Shown here piece by piece: positions 28,251-38,111 of a stretch of 64,000 nt of DNA. Each line of letters begins with the position of its first letter. Within the stretch, counting starts at the first letter, position 1. The stretch lies in assembly GCA_022750415.1 (NCBI GenBank), contig JAKIVT010000002.1, positions 2,754 through 66,753 of the forward strand, given 5' to 3'. Below the pieces are notes generated by a model. That model had not been told where the DNA came from. It ran no database searches and saw only the letters and a list, made by a program, of their open reading frames with translations. Both the position numbers and the translations under genes were made by a program. This stretch comes from Thermoplasmata archaeon. Its GTDB lineage: Archaea > Thermoplasmatota > Thermoplasmata > Lutacidiplasmatales > UBA184.

Positions 28251-28718
28251 TCAGTTCAGTTTCTTGCCCCGACCGATCTTTTCCAGGGCGGCCGCGACGC
28301 GCCGATCTCGGGTGGCATCCTGCTTGGCATCGGCGACCCACCGCGAGTACGCCAATCGCTGCGACGCCGTGAAGTTCGCAAAGTTCGCAGCGGCCGAAGG
28401 TTCGCGATCGAGAGCGCGACGAAGCGAGGGGGGGACGTCGACCACGACGGGACGCGCATCGAGTTCGAGCTCCAGCCGAACGGGCGCCCCGTCGGACTTC
28501 CCGATCCGGTCCCGCACTTCCGAATTGACGACCACGAAGAGTTCGCCCCCGCCGCGGGGAATCAGCGAGCTCCGGAACGGAACTCCGTCGATCGTCCCCT
28601 TCACCCGGAGGCGGGCGCGGAAACCGGCTCTCTTCGCCGCATTCTTGGGCACGGGAGCGAATGTCCACGCGCCCACCACGTCGGGTCGCTTCAGCTTGGA
28701 CGTGAACGACGTCCTCAT
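28251..28718 (-). CDS. DUF1905 / YdeI-OmpD-associated family protein
   Basis: VGAWTFAPVPKNAAK...VKGTIDGVPFRSSLIPRGGGELFVVVN (DUF1905-like) and a C-terminal segment ASQRLAYSRWVADAKQDATRDRRV (YdeI-like). Confidence 0.5.
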   Translation of the reverse strand: MRTSFTSKLKRPDVVGAWTFAPVPKNAAKRAGFRARLRVKGTIDGVPFRSSLIPRGGGELFVVVNSEVRDRIGKSDGAPVRLELELDARPVVVDVPPSLRRALDREPSAAANFANFTASQRLAYSRWVADAKQDATRDRRVAAALEKIGRGKKLN

Positions 28719-28940
28719 CGGGAGACGGCACCCGAGAACGGAATTAGACCTTTCACCCGAGGAACGGTACGCCCTATTTTCCACTTCGAGGGCTGTCTGG
28801 TACTACGCCAGGGAAATCTCCGTTCTTTGGAGTCGACCCAGCCTTCCCCGAGGCGAATGCTCCCGCTCTTTCGGATCCGGGACGACCATCCGTTACTGGG
28901 GCCCTCGCACTCGCCCGAATCCTGCCCGAGGTGCTGGGGG

Positions 28941-28992
28941 TCCGTGCGGGGAGAGGGATTCGAACCGCCCGGCGGTTCAAATCCCATCTGAG
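28941..28992. repeat. duplicated 3' end of tRNA-Leu (27 nt, 1 mismatch) fused to a T-arm-like near-palindrome GGGATTCGAACCGCC-CGG-CGGTTCAAATCCC
   Basis: 28941-28967 tccgtgcggggagagggattcgaacc matches 32620-32646 tccgtgcggggagagggatttgaacc, the 3' end of the full tRNA-Leu; no complete tRNA can be folded here. Confidence 0.55.
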
Positions 28993-29023
28993 ACACCCCC
29001 GGCTACTCGACCTCCTAAGGATC

Positions 29024-32000
29024 TCACTCATGCCAAGGCGGAAACTTCCCCCTCCGCACCAACGCGGCAACGATGGCCGCCCCGACCACCCCGGCGGCGA
29101 GCCCGGTCAATCCCACGCCCGCCCACTCCCAAGGGGTAATCCCCTGGGTGACCGCTCCCGTGGGTGCCACGAGGGCGGGGGTCACCACCAAGGTGGCGTT
29201 CCCAAACACCATCTGTCCGTGAGAATCGTTCACGGCCAGTCCCACCGCGTAGGTGCCGACAGCGGTTGGTCGGCATTCGAGAGTCTCGTTCGAGGATGTC
29301 CCACATCCGGGCGGGAGGCCCGCATAGCGGAACTCATACGGCGCCTTTCCCCCCGTGACCGCCGCGAGCAAAGTCGAGGTGCCGCCGAGGGCAACTGTCT
29401 CCGGCACCGCGGTGAACGCGGCCAGCGCCAATGGCGGTCCGGAGGGCACCGCTGGAGTGGAAACCGAGAGGCCGAACGAGGCCCGGACCCCCATTCCCAG
29501 AGCATCGGTCGCGACCACCTCCACCTGGTAGACCCCCGACCGATTCGGCGCGCACGCGAAGCTCGACAGATTAGACGACGAACAACCGGATGGAAGGCCC
29601 GTCCATGCATAGGAGTACGGGGCTACCCCCCCGCCGACGACGGCCACAAGTTCCGTGGACGCATTCACGTCGACGCTTGAGGGGCTCGCGAACGCTTCCG
29701 TGATCGTCGGGAGCGCGACGACCTCCAATCCGACCACTTCCGAACTCGACCCTCCGGCCGCGTCCCTCGCGCTCACCGTCACGACGAACGTGCCGACGCC
29801 TGTCGGCGTGCAGGAGAGATTCGAGGAGTTGTACGACTCGCAGCCCGTCGGCAGTCCGACATAGGAATACGTCACCGCTCCGGGATCCGGCCCCCCCTCC
29901 ACCGCGATATGGAACGCGGTCGGGGTGTCCACCTCCGTCGGATCCGGCGCGGCGAATGCCGCCGTCACCGCTAGGGGTCCCGCGACGGTCCACGCAAGCG
30001 CGGAAGACCAGCTGTAACCGACGGAGTCCGTGACGCTGAGGGCCGTCCGATACCCCCCGGTGTGGGTCGGAAGGCACACGAGCGTCGAGGTGTTCTGGCT
30101 CGCACAGCCGGCGGGAAGCCCCGTATACACGAACGAATACGGCGGCGTCCCGTTTTCGACAACAGCCGACAAGGTGACCGGGAGTCCGACCTCTGCGGGA
30201 GTCGCTCCGAAACTGGCGATGTAGGGGGCGTCGGCAATGATATTGATGGCGGCCGCGTTCCAATTCGTCACGTCGACCTGTCGCGTCGTCGGCACGTACG
30301 CAATCCCCTCGGGAGTCTGGGCGACCGGCAAGTCAGACCCTAGGCGAAGGTTCGTCCCCGCGTCCACCACCGTCACTGTGTTCCCGTTCGCATTCCCGCT
30401 AAAGACCAGATTGTCCTGAGGATCGAACGCAAGGACTGCCGGACCGCTCCCGACGCTGACGTTCGCCGTCACGATCCCGGTCGCCGCGTCGAGGACGGTC
30501 AGCTTGTTCGAACCGGTATCCGCCACGTACACGCATCCGCTCTGAGGGTCGTACAGCAGCCCTTGGGGATTCGATCCCACCGCGACCCCTGAAATCTGGA
30601 CCCGGTCGCTCGACCCGTTCACGACCGTCACGTTCCCCGACCCAAGGTTGCTCACGAACACGAGGTCAAGAGCCGGGTCCACCGCGACTCCGTACGGGTC
30701 CGAGCCCACCGGGATGGGGGCGTGCGCTTGCCGTAGCGTCGACGCATTGAGGACACTAAGAGTGTCGTTGCCACCGTCCGCGATGTAAACTTCGCCGTTG
30801 ACCGGGTCGTACGCGACTCCATAGGGATGCCATCCCACAGGGACCGAGGCGTTCAGCACGGTTCCGTTCCCCGTATCGATGACGCTCATTGAAGCGTTCC
30901 AGTAATTCGTCACGAACAGTCGATGGTCCGGGGAGTCGTACGCGAGACCGCTCGGGCTACCTCCGGTCGAGATTCCCCCAAGTATGGACGGGCTTGTGGT
31001 CGGGTCGATGACGGAAACGCCGGTGTACCAAGCCGTGTATGCAGCGGTGTACACCAATCCGCTGTCAGGGTCGTATATCCCCTGGAGGTAGTATGCACCG
31101 ACGAGGCTGGATTCTCCGGCTGGCAGGTCGGTGGACCCATTGATCCGTTCCACCGAGTCCAGCTCGGCATTGACGGCAACAGCGAACCGACTCACTGGAT
31201 CGTAAACCACTCCCGTGAGCAGGCCCCCTCCGACAGCGCGTACTCCTTGAGTTCTCAGAGTGTCGTTACCACCATACAGTACGGCCAGCCCAGTAGGTGA
31301 GGAGCTCGCATACAACTCATCTGTGAGTGGGTTCACTGCGAGTGACCCCACCGCCCCCGATGAAATTTCAGTAATCGGGGCGAAGGTTGTGCCGTTGTAC
31401 GCCAAAATCCAGCTCCCGTCAAGAACATAAATTTGCCTGTTAACTACATCATATACTATGTCAGTCGCGCCGCCAATCCATGAGTTCGTGAAATTTGTCA
31501 CCACCTTCTGCGTTACATCGTCGATCGCATAGACGGCCCCTGGCTGCTCGTTGAACGCATTCGAGAATTGAGCAACCCCCAGCATGCGATGGATTGCGGA
31601 ATCATATGTGAGCCCCTGATTGTCCCAGCCGGGGACGGTTATTTTCGCGACGACAGTACCGTTCTCTCCGCCGATTGCAGTAACATTCTGGTCACCTCCA
31701 CCTACGTAGATCAGGTGGTTCGAGGGGTCGTACTGCAGAGCCCACGGAGCGGATAGCTTGACGACATGCTGCACAACTGCGGTGGTTGCGTTCAGAAGCG
31801 TCACTGAGTCCGCCGAAACCGCAGCGACGGCCAGCACATTGTCGAACGGGTCGTACGCCAGCGCCTCGGGGGCGCTGACGGCCCCGCTGAGATTTTGCTG
31901 GTAGGCGGAGATTGGAATCGAGATCGCGCGAGTCTCGTTCCCGGTCGATCCGTCCACGGCGTAGATCGAACTCCCCTGGGAGTCCCCGAACCAGACTTCG

Positions 32001-32371
32001 CCTGTGGCGCCATCGAACGTTCCTCCCCAAGCGTACGCTGGACTAGACGGTTGGTGGTCACCCTGTTCCACGGACGAATTGATGGCATCTAGAGTATACG
32101 ATGTCCGGACCGGAATCCAAGGCGAGCTCGAGGGGTGAAGGCCAGAGTCCGATGTGGGATGAGGCGATGCATCCCAAACGCGAACTTCGCCTGAAAAGTG
32201 CCCTGCGCCGCCCATCGGCGGGGACGGGAGTCGGAATGTGACGACGTACCCGCGGTCCAGTCCGGATGCCGGAGAACTCAGCCCAGTCACGGACGACTGG
32301 ACGACCAAAGCGAAGACCGCGACCGCGACCAAAATGGCGGTCCAGCGTACGCGGGAAGTAAGGGCATTCAT
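29024..32371 (-). CDS. cell-surface protein: YVTN-family beta-propeller repeats + four PKD/Ig-like domains + C-terminal TM anchor
   Basis: Signal/anchor WTAILVAVAVFALVV; ~40-residue repeats (e.g. VYDPVNGEVYIADGGNDTLSVLNAST, YVADTGSNKLTVLDAATG); PKD-like PPYSFVYTGLPAGC..., APYSYAWTGLPSGC..., APYEFRYAGLPPGC...; C-terminal TM helix followed by RRGKFPPWHE. Confidence 0.75.
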   Translation of the reverse strand: MNALTSRVRWTAILVAVAVFALVVQSSVTGLSSPASGLDRGYVVTFRLPSPPMGGAGHFSGEVRVWDASPHPTSDSGLHPSSSPWIPVRTSYTLDAINSSVEQGDHQPSSPAYAWGGTFDGATGEVWFGDSQGSSIYAVDGSTGNETRAISIPISAYQQNLSGAVSAPEALAYDPFDNVLAVAAVSADSVTLLNATTAVVQHVVKLSAPWALQYDPSNHLIYVGGGDQNVTAIGGENGTVVAKITVPGWDNQGLTYDSAIHRMLGVAQFSNAFNEQPGAVYAIDDVTQKVVTNFTNSWIGGATDIVYDVVNRQIYVLDGSWILAYNGTTFAPITEISSGAVGSLAVNPLTDELYASSSPTGLAVLYGGNDTLRTQGVRAVGGGLLTGVVYDPVSRFAVAVNAELDSVERINGSTDLPAGESSLVGAYYLQGIYDPDSGLVYTAAYTAWYTGVSVIDPTTSPSILGGISTGGSPSGLAYDSPDHRLFVTNYWNASMSVIDTGNGTVLNASVPVGWHPYGVAYDPVNGEVYIADGGNDTLSVLNASTLRQAHAPIPVGSDPYGVAVDPALDLVFVSNLGSGNVTVVNGSSDRVQISGVAVGSNPQGLLYDPQSGCVYVADTGSNKLTVLDAATGIVTANVSVGSGPAVLAFDPQDNLVFSGNANGNTVTVVDAGTNLRLGSDLPVAQTPEGIAYVPTTRQVDVTNWNAAAINIIADAPYIASFGATPAEVGLPVTLSAVVENGTPPYSFVYTGLPAGCASQNTSTLVCLPTHTGGYRTALSVTDSVGYSWSSALAWTVAGPLAVTAAFAAPDPTEVDTPTAFHIAVEGGPDPGAVTYSYVGLPTGCESYNSSNLSCTPTGVGTFVVTVSARDAAGGSSSEVVGLEVVALPTITEAFASPSSVDVNASTELVAVVGGGVAPYSYAWTGLPSGCSSSNLSSFACAPNRSGVYQVEVVATDALGMGVRASFGLSVSTPAVPSGPPLALAAFTAVPETVALGGTSTLLAAVTGGKAPYEFRYAGLPPGCGTSSNETLECRPTAVGTYAVGLAVNDSHGQMVFGNATLVVTPALVAPTGAVTQGITPWEWAGVGLTGLAAGVVGAAIVAALVRRGKFPPWHE

Positions 32372-32496
32372 CGTACGACTAGCGCCAGCTCCCCCATCGG
32401 GACCATAGGCAGGGGGAATCGTGAGGCTAGCGGTCGTCCGGCGGGCATGAATTACGAACCGATTGTCCCGACAAGGACGCCGGGCTCATGCGGTCA

Positions 32497-32529
32497 GGCT
32501 TGAACCGCCTGGCATTCGAATCCCTGAGG
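32497..32529. repeat. second copy of the ~33-nt motif GGCTTGAACCGCCTGGCATTCGAATCCCTGAGG, direct repeat of 28955-28992
   Basis: Aligns to GGATTCGAACCGCCCGGCGGTTCAAATCCC(ATC)TGAG with a few mismatches; lies ~95 nt from the 3' end of tRNA-Leu. Confidence 0.4.
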
Positions 32530-32623
32530 CCCGGGTTCGGATTACACGGTGTAGGAAGGATTCGGGCGCGAGGACGGTTCGGGCACCGTTCACGAGCGTC
32601 GAAAGGATGATAACTGGGTTCCG

Positions 32624-32708
32624 TGCGGGGAGAGGGATTTGAACCCACGAACTCCTACGAGACCAGACCCTGAATCTGGCGCCTTTGACCAAGCTGGGCG
32701 ATCCCCGC
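32624..32708 (-). tRNA. tRNA-Leu (anticodon CAG), long variable arm, no encoded CCA
   Basis: Reverse complement GCGGGGA-TC-GCCC-AGCTTGGTCAA-A-GGGC-G-CCAGA-TTCAGGG-TCTGG-TCTCGTAGGAGTTC-GTGGG-TTCAAAT-CCCTC-TCCCCGC-A folds as a class II tRNA with a fully paired 7-bp acceptor stem. Confidence 0.8.
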
Positions 32709-32760
32709 GCGGTCGTCTTCTACCGGCCGCGAGATAAGAAACCTTGCGACGGAGGGGGGC

Positions 32761-33582
32761 TCAGGCGACGCCCGGGGTGACCGACGCCTTCGGCGACGTC
32801 GTCGCCTCGTGGAAGAGCGCGGCTGCCTCTCGAACCGTGGCGCCCTGGTGCACAATCGCCCGAAGGGCCTTCAGCATGGCCACGGGGTGCTCCGACTGCC
32901 AGATGTTCCGCCCCATGTCGATTCCTTTCGCCCCCTCGGCGATGGCCCCGTGGGCGAGCGTGAGGGCGGCTTCGATCGAGTCGAGCTTAGGCCCCCCGGC
33001 CACAACGACCGGGACCGGGCACGAATCAACGACCTTCGAGAATCCCTCGCAATAGTACGTCTTGACGATGTGCGCTCCGAGCTCCGCCGACACCCGGCAA
33101 GCGAGGGCGAGGTAGCGGGCGTCCCGCTTTTCGAGCTCCTTCCCGACCGCCGTGATAGCGAGAACCGGCATGCCGTAGGTCTGGCCGTCGTCGACGAGCT
33201 TCGCTAGGTTCGCGAGCGACTGGTGCTCGTGGGCCGAGCCCACGAAGACCGAGAGGGCGACGGCCGAGACGTTCAGTCGCACCGCCTCCTGGATCGACGT
33301 GGTGATCGTCTCCTCCGAGAGGTCGTCCTTCAGGATCGTAACGCCCCCCGAGACGCGGAGGACGATCGGGGTCGAGGTCGTCGGAGGGACCGAGGTCCGC
33401 AGGATCCCCCGGGTCAGGGCGAGGGCGTCGGCGTACGGGAGGAGGGGAAGGATCGTCGCCTTGGCGTTCTCGAGGTTCCGCGTCGGCCCCATGAAGTAGC
33501 CGTGGTCGACGGCGAGCATCACGGAGTTCCCGGAGCTCGAGGGGAACATCCGGTCGATCCGGTTGCTGAGCCCCCAGTCCAT
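32761..33582 (-). CDS. archaeal class I aldolase of the DhnA family (fructose-bisphosphate aldolase class IA or AroA' ADH synthase)
   Basis: 273-aa TIM-barrel with VMLAVDHGYFMGP and the Schiff-base lysine region HIVKTYY, as in archaeal Fba/AroA' proteins. Confidence 0.7.
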   Translation of the reverse strand: MDWGLSNRIDRMFPSSSGNSVMLAVDHGYFMGPTRNLENAKATILPLLPYADALALTRGILRTSVPPTTSTPIVLRVSGGVTILKDDLSEETITTSIQEAVRLNVSAVALSVFVGSAHEHQSLANLAKLVDDGQTYGMPVLAITAVGKELEKRDARYLALACRVSAELGAHIVKTYYCEGFSKVVDSCPVPVVVAGGPKLDSIEAALTLAHGAIAEGAKGIDMGRNIWQSEHPVAMLKALRAIVHQGATVREAAALFHEATTSPKASVTPGVA

Positions 33583-33616
33583 CGGTGCCTCGGTCCGGGC
33601 ACCCGGGAAGCGGCTC

Positions 33617-34111
33617 TTATGCGTTGCCCGCCGACCGTTCGGTCGACCGGACCGGGATCGGGACCCGCCGGTCCTCCTTCACGCGGTTGAGGACGACCTG
33701 CGTGTTGGTCCGCTCCACCTGGGGGTCCTGGAGGGCGTGCTTGACGAACCGGTCCAAGTCCCGGCGATCCCGGAACCGGCCGATGAGGAGCGCGTCGAAG
33801 TCCCCCGTGACGTCGTAGATCGCGTACGCCCTCGGGTCCTTGCCAAGCCGCTCCTCCACCTCGCGCAGCTTCCCCTTCGAGATCCGGATCCCGATGGTCG
33901 CGGAGAGCTCCCAGCCCAGCGCTTCGTCGTCGAGGAGGGGGATGTACCCCCGGATCACCCCGTCCCGCTCCATCCGGTCGATCCGCATCCCCACCGTCGT
34001 GGGGGAGACCTTCAGGCGTTCCGCGATCTCTCGGTGGCTGCGCCGGGCGTCAACGTTCAACTCTTCCAAGATCCCGCGGTCGAGGACGTCGAGGCTGGAC
34101 GTTCGTCCCAT
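33617..34111 (-). CDS. lrp: Lrp/AsnC-family transcriptional regulator
   Basis: LDRGILEELNVDARRSHREIAERLKVSPTTVGMRIDRMERDGVIRGY HTH followed by a RAM domain; divergent from glnA as is common in archaea. Confidence 0.8.
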   Translation of the reverse strand: MGRTSSLDVLDRGILEELNVDARRSHREIAERLKVSPTTVGMRIDRMERDGVIRGYIPLLDDEALGWELSATIGIRISKGKLREVEERLGKDPRAYAIYDVTGDFDALLIGRFRDRRDLDRFVKHALQDPQVERTNTQVVLNRVKEDRRVPIPVRSTERSAGNA

Positions 34112-34230
34112 AGAATATCAGCATAGCGGCCGAATTCATTAGTCTATCGCTGAATACTGGACGCGCGGCCAAATTCGAAGCACGAGGGTTCTTGTAGGCG
34201 GGCTTCGTGCGGAGCGCCGAGGGGCGTCGG

Positions 34231-35712
34231 ATGGCGGTCGCAGAGCGTTCGATGGGGATGGCAGGAGAGTCGCGGGCGGAACACGGAGTGCGGGTGCTTG
34301 AGGAGATCCACGCGCGCAAGCTGCGATGGGTCGAATTGTTCTACACCGACCTCCTCGGCGGGTACAACCACCTCCACATTCCGTCGGACACGCTCGACGA
34401 GGACTCGTTCGTCGGCGGAATCCCGAAGCTCGACGGTTCCTCGGTCCGCGGGTTCCGCGAGATCTTCGAGTCGGACATGATCCTCCTCCCCGACCCCTCG
34501 ACGTTCGGCGTCATCCCCTGGGGGGCCGAGTACGGCGGCTCCGCGCGGTTCATCTGCGACATCCTCACCGGCGGTGCGAAGCTCGCCTACACCCACGACC
34601 CCCGGGGCATCGCGCGCCGGACCAACGCCGTCCTCGCCGACGCCGGCTACGACCTCTCCTACTGGGGCCCGGAGATCGAGTTCTTCGTCTTCGACTCGGT
34701 GAAGCTCATTCCGTCCGCGGACTCCGTCCGGGACGCGTGGGGCGGCGCCGGCTACCTCATCGAGAGCGCCGAGGCTCCCTGGGCCGCGGCCGACGGCCAC
34801 GGCTCGATCCGGTTCAAGGAAGGGTACCACCGGGCCGCCCCCCACGACGCGCTCGAGGGGATGCGGAGCGAGATCTGCAACATCCTCGCCGACGATTTCC
34901 ACATCCGGATGGACGCCCACCACCACGAGGTGGCGACCGCCGGCCAGGGCGAGATCAACATCCGGTTCGATGAGTTGATTCCCGCCGCCGACCACGTGCA
35001 GGACGTTCGGTTCGTGATCAAGAACGTCGCCGCCCAGCACGGCAAGGTCGCCTCGTTCATGCCGAAACCGGTGTTCGGCGACAACGGCATCGGGATGCAC
35101 ATGAACCAGTCGCTGTGGAGCGGCGGCTCGAACGCGTTCTACGACCCGAACGACGCGTACGCGGAGGTCAGCCAGACCTGCCGGTACTACGTCGGCGGGC
35201 TCCTCGCCCACGCCCGAGCGCTCTGCGCGATCACGAACCCGACCACCAACTCCTACCGGCGGCTCGTCCCCGGGTACGAGGCCCCCGTGTTCATCGCCTG
35301 GAGCCGGTCGAACCGGTCGGCGAACGTCCGGATCCCGTTCTACCACAAGGGCCGGATGGCGGCGAAGCGGGTCGAGTACCGGACCCCCGACTCGGCAGCG
35401 AACATCTACCTCACCGAGGCGGCGCTCTCGATGGCCGGCCTCGATGGGATCCGGCGGAAAATCGAGCCTCCGGCGCCGGTCGATGCGGACATCTACAAGC
35501 TGACGCCGGCGCGGCGGAAGGAGCTCGGCATCCGCGAGCTTCCCGGCTCGCTCGGCGAGGCGCTCGAGTGCCTCAGCTCCGACGACACCTTCCTGCACTC
35601 AGTGTTCGACTCCGAGGTGCTCGAGACGTTCTGCGAGATCAAGCGCGACGAGCAGCTCCAACTGAACCTGCGGCCGCACCCGTACGAGTTCTACCGGTAC
35701 CTCGACGTCTAG
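34231..35712 (+). CDS. glnA: glutamine synthetase type I
   Basis: N-terminal beta-grasp FTDLLGG; catalytic-domain motifs (NGIGMHMNQSLW, KPVFGDNG, EYRTPDSAAN); start chosen among three clustered start codons 34207-34258. Confidence 0.85.
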   Translation: MAVAERSMGMAGESRAEHGVRVLEEIHARKLRWVELFYTDLLGGYNHLHIPSDTLDEDSFVGGIPKLDGSSVRGFREIFESDMILLPDPSTFGVIPWGAEYGGSARFICDILTGGAKLAYTHDPRGIARRTNAVLADAGYDLSYWGPEIEFFVFDSVKLIPSADSVRDAWGGAGYLIESAEAPWAAADGHGSIRFKEGYHRAAPHDALEGMRSEICNILADDFHIRMDAHHHEVATAGQGEINIRFDELIPAADHVQDVRFVIKNVAAQHGKVASFMPKPVFGDNGIGMHMNQSLWSGGSNAFYDPNDAYAEVSQTCRYYVGGLLAHARALCAITNPTTNSYRRLVPGYEAPVFIAWSRSNRSANVRIPFYHKGRMAAKRVEYRTPDSAANIYLTEAALSMAGLDGIRRKIEPPAPVDADIYKLTPARRKELGIRELPGSLGEALECLSSDDTFLHSVFDSEVLETFCEIKRDEQLQLNLRPHPYEFYRYLDV

Positions 35713-35863
35713 GCACGGGAGTTCGCCGGAGGACCCGTTAAGGGTCCTCCCCAGTTCCTCCGTCGGATGGCCGCCGGCCGCCCGGACTTCGGTTCGTTCG
35801 CGGCCCGGCCACCGGTGGAGCGCGACGCGTAACTCCGGCGGGATCCATCGAGGAGGTCGGAGC

Positions 35864-37408
35864 TTGGGCAACGCCACCGAATGGACCAACGGACGGATCT
35901 TCACCGGCCAGCGCTACGTCGCCGCTGTCCTCGGCGAAGAGGGCCGGATCGTCGTGGCCGGCTCCGCCCGAGCGGTTCGGCGGGCACGTCCGACCGGCGC
36001 CGAACGGGTCGACCTTCGAGGACGTCTGGCCGTCCCCGGGCTCGTCGACGCCCACCTGCACCTCGCGGAGAGTGCCCGCGCTGCCCTCGGCGTGAATCTC
36101 CGGGGGACCCGGTCCCTCCGGGAGGTCGGCGACCGAGTCCAGCGATGGGCGGACCGGCACCCCCGCGGGCCGGTCGTGGGTGGGGGGTGGGAGGAAGCCG
36201 GATTCCCCGAGCACCGGTATCCCAGCGCCCGGGACCTTTCCGATTGGGTCGGGGATCGCCCCGCTGCGCTCTACCGGGTCTGCCACCACGCGGCCGTCGC
36301 GAGCTCGAGCTTGTTGGACGTCCTCGAAATCGGACCGGATTCCCCCGACCCCCCGGGAGGTCGGATTGGCCGGGCCGCGGACGGGACTCCCGACGGGATG
36401 CTGTTCGACCACGCCCTGCGACCCCTCCAAGATTGGGTCGACCTGTCGTTCTCGACCCGCCCGGAAGCGATCTGGGATGTCCTCGACACCGCCGCCCGGT
36501 ACGGCCTCACCACCGTCGGCGCCGTGAGCGCCTCCCCCGCCGAGGTGGAGGCGACGGTCGGTCTGGCCGTGAGGTCGCCGCTCCCGGCCCGGGTGGTCTT
36601 CTATCTCCGGGCCGACGACCGTCAACGGTTTTCCGAACTCCGGAAACGCTCGCGCACTCCGTCGACCGACGTCGTCGGGGTGAAGGTCGTCGCTGACGGC
36701 GCGTTCGGGCCGCGGACGGCCTGGCTGGCCCGGCCCTATCACGACCGTCGGACGGAATCCGGGTTTCCGTTGCGGACCGACTCGGACCTCCGAGCGATCC
36801 TGTCGGAGTCGAACGACGCTGGGGCCGCGCTGGCGGTCCATGCCATCGGGGACCGGTGCCTCGCGGCGACCCTCGACGCGTTCGAGTCGATCCGACCGGC
36901 CCGCCGGCCGCGGATCGAGCACGCTTCGTTGACGCCGCCGACGTTGCGGCGTCGCCTGCGAACGATCCGGCCCTTCCTCGTGGTCCAACCCGGCTTCGTA
37001 CGCAGCGACGACTGGATCGTCGAGCGGCTCGGCCAGCGGAGGGCCCGCTGGACGTACGCGTTCGCCTCGTTCCTTCGCGACGGTCACGCTCCGGCGGGGT
37101 CGAGCGATTCTCCCGTGGAACCGCTCGACCCGTGGCTCGGCATCGCGTCCGCCGTCGGAGCTCGGGCCTCCACCGGCGCGCCGGAACGGGTGTCGCTCGA
37201 GTCAGCGCTCCAGTTCTACTCGGCGAACGGCGGGCCGGTCCTCGGTCACTCCGCCGTCGGTTCCCTGGAACCGGGGTCCGTCGCGGACGTGGTGGTGTCG
37301 CGGGCGAACACCCTGCGGTCGGCCGTATCGATCGGATCCCGGAACGTCGCTCGGGTGTACCGGGACGGGAGCCGGCTCCGGCCGCCCCCAGCCCCGGGCG
37401 GACGCTAA
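35864..37408 (+). CDS. metal-dependent amidohydrolase (amidohydro_3 / YtcJ-like)
   Basis: GLVDAHLHLAE metal-binding HxH motif; VHAIGDRCLAATLDAF; TTG start preceded by GAGGAGG 6 nt upstream. Confidence 0.7.
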   Translation: MGNATEWTNGRIFTGQRYVAAVLGEEGRIVVAGSARAVRRARPTGAERVDLRGRLAVPGLVDAHLHLAESARAALGVNLRGTRSLREVGDRVQRWADRHPRGPVVGGGWEEAGFPEHRYPSARDLSDWVGDRPAALYRVCHHAAVASSSLLDVLEIGPDSPDPPGGRIGRAADGTPDGMLFDHALRPLQDWVDLSFSTRPEAIWDVLDTAARYGLTTVGAVSASPAEVEATVGLAVRSPLPARVVFYLRADDRQRFSELRKRSRTPSTDVVGVKVVADGAFGPRTAWLARPYHDRRTESGFPLRTDSDLRAILSESNDAGAALAVHAIGDRCLAATLDAFESIRPARRPRIEHASLTPPTLRRRLRTIRPFLVVQPGFVRSDDWIVERLGQRRARWTYAFASFLRDGHAPAGSSDSPVEPLDPWLGIASAVGARASTGAPERVSLESALQFYSANGGPVLGHSAVGSLEPGSVADVVVSRANTLRSAVSIGSRNVARVYRDGSRLRPPPAPGGR

Positions 37409-37432
37409 GAACCCCCGGCCTCCTCGTCCAAC

Positions 37433-38080
37433 GTGGCCGACCCGTCCGGAGTTCCTCCGTTCAAGTCGTTCTCGGCGACGATGCGGGTCGACGTGCTGAT
37501 CTCCGACTGGCGGAGCGAGCTTGACCCGGAACTTTCCGTCGAGCAAAAGGAGACCGGACTGTACGGTCGCGCCTGGGAGGCGTACCAAGAGGGCGACTTT
37601 GGCTTCGGGCTTTGGCTGTGGCATGAGTGCGACCGGCTGCAGAACGCCTTTCAGGGTTCGGTCCGCGAAGTGACCCGCGTCGTCGGACCGGGCCGGTACT
37701 TCGGGTTCTCACACCGCAAGGCTGTGGCGGAGCGGGTGCCGCTCGAACGGGTCTATCGGCCCCGGAAGGGGGACATGAGCACTCCGCGGACGGACGCCTA
37801 CGTTCTGCCCCAATACCAGCTCCTCTGCGTCTACCTCGTCAAGGCCCAGAGCGGCGACCCGAAGTCGAAGGCGCTGCTCGAAATCTCCATCGGGGAGCTC
37901 GACGAACGGAGACGGGCCGACCGGTTCGTGACCCACTTCGAGACGTTCCGCCGCCTCCTGGAGCGACCGGCCGCTCCCGTGGCCCCGGCACCCGAGGTCG
38001 CGGCGCCGTCGACCGCCGCTCCGCCCCCGCCGGCCACGACGACACCGAAGAAGCGCGCGACGCGCCGCAAGGCGTCTTAG
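37433..38080 (+). CDS. hypothetical protein with Lys/Arg-rich C-terminal tail
   Basis: 215-aa ORF with strong GC3 bias; ends ...TTPKKRATRRKAS; no recognisable domain. Confidence 0.45.
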   Translation: MADPSGVPPFKSFSATMRVDVLISDWRSELDPELSVEQKETGLYGRAWEAYQEGDFGFGLWLWHECDRLQNAFQGSVREVTRVVGPGRYFGFSHRKAVAERVPLERVYRPRKGDMSTPRTDAYVLPQYQLLCVYLVKAQSGDPKSKALLEISIGELDERRRADRFVTHFETFRRLLERPAAPVAPAPEVAAPSTAAPPPPATTTPKKRATRRKAS

Positions 38081-38111
38081 GGGCCGGGTCGGTCGGACGC
38101 CCACGACGCGT

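Noticed and set aside
28933-29004. Possible second complete tRNA on the plus strand (acceptor-like GCTGGGG ... CCCCGGC, 72 nt)
   Set aside because: No D-arm or T-arm can be paired and no sensible anticodon stem forms; the region is better explained as a tRNA-Leu 3'-end duplicate plus a near-palindrome on the minus strand.
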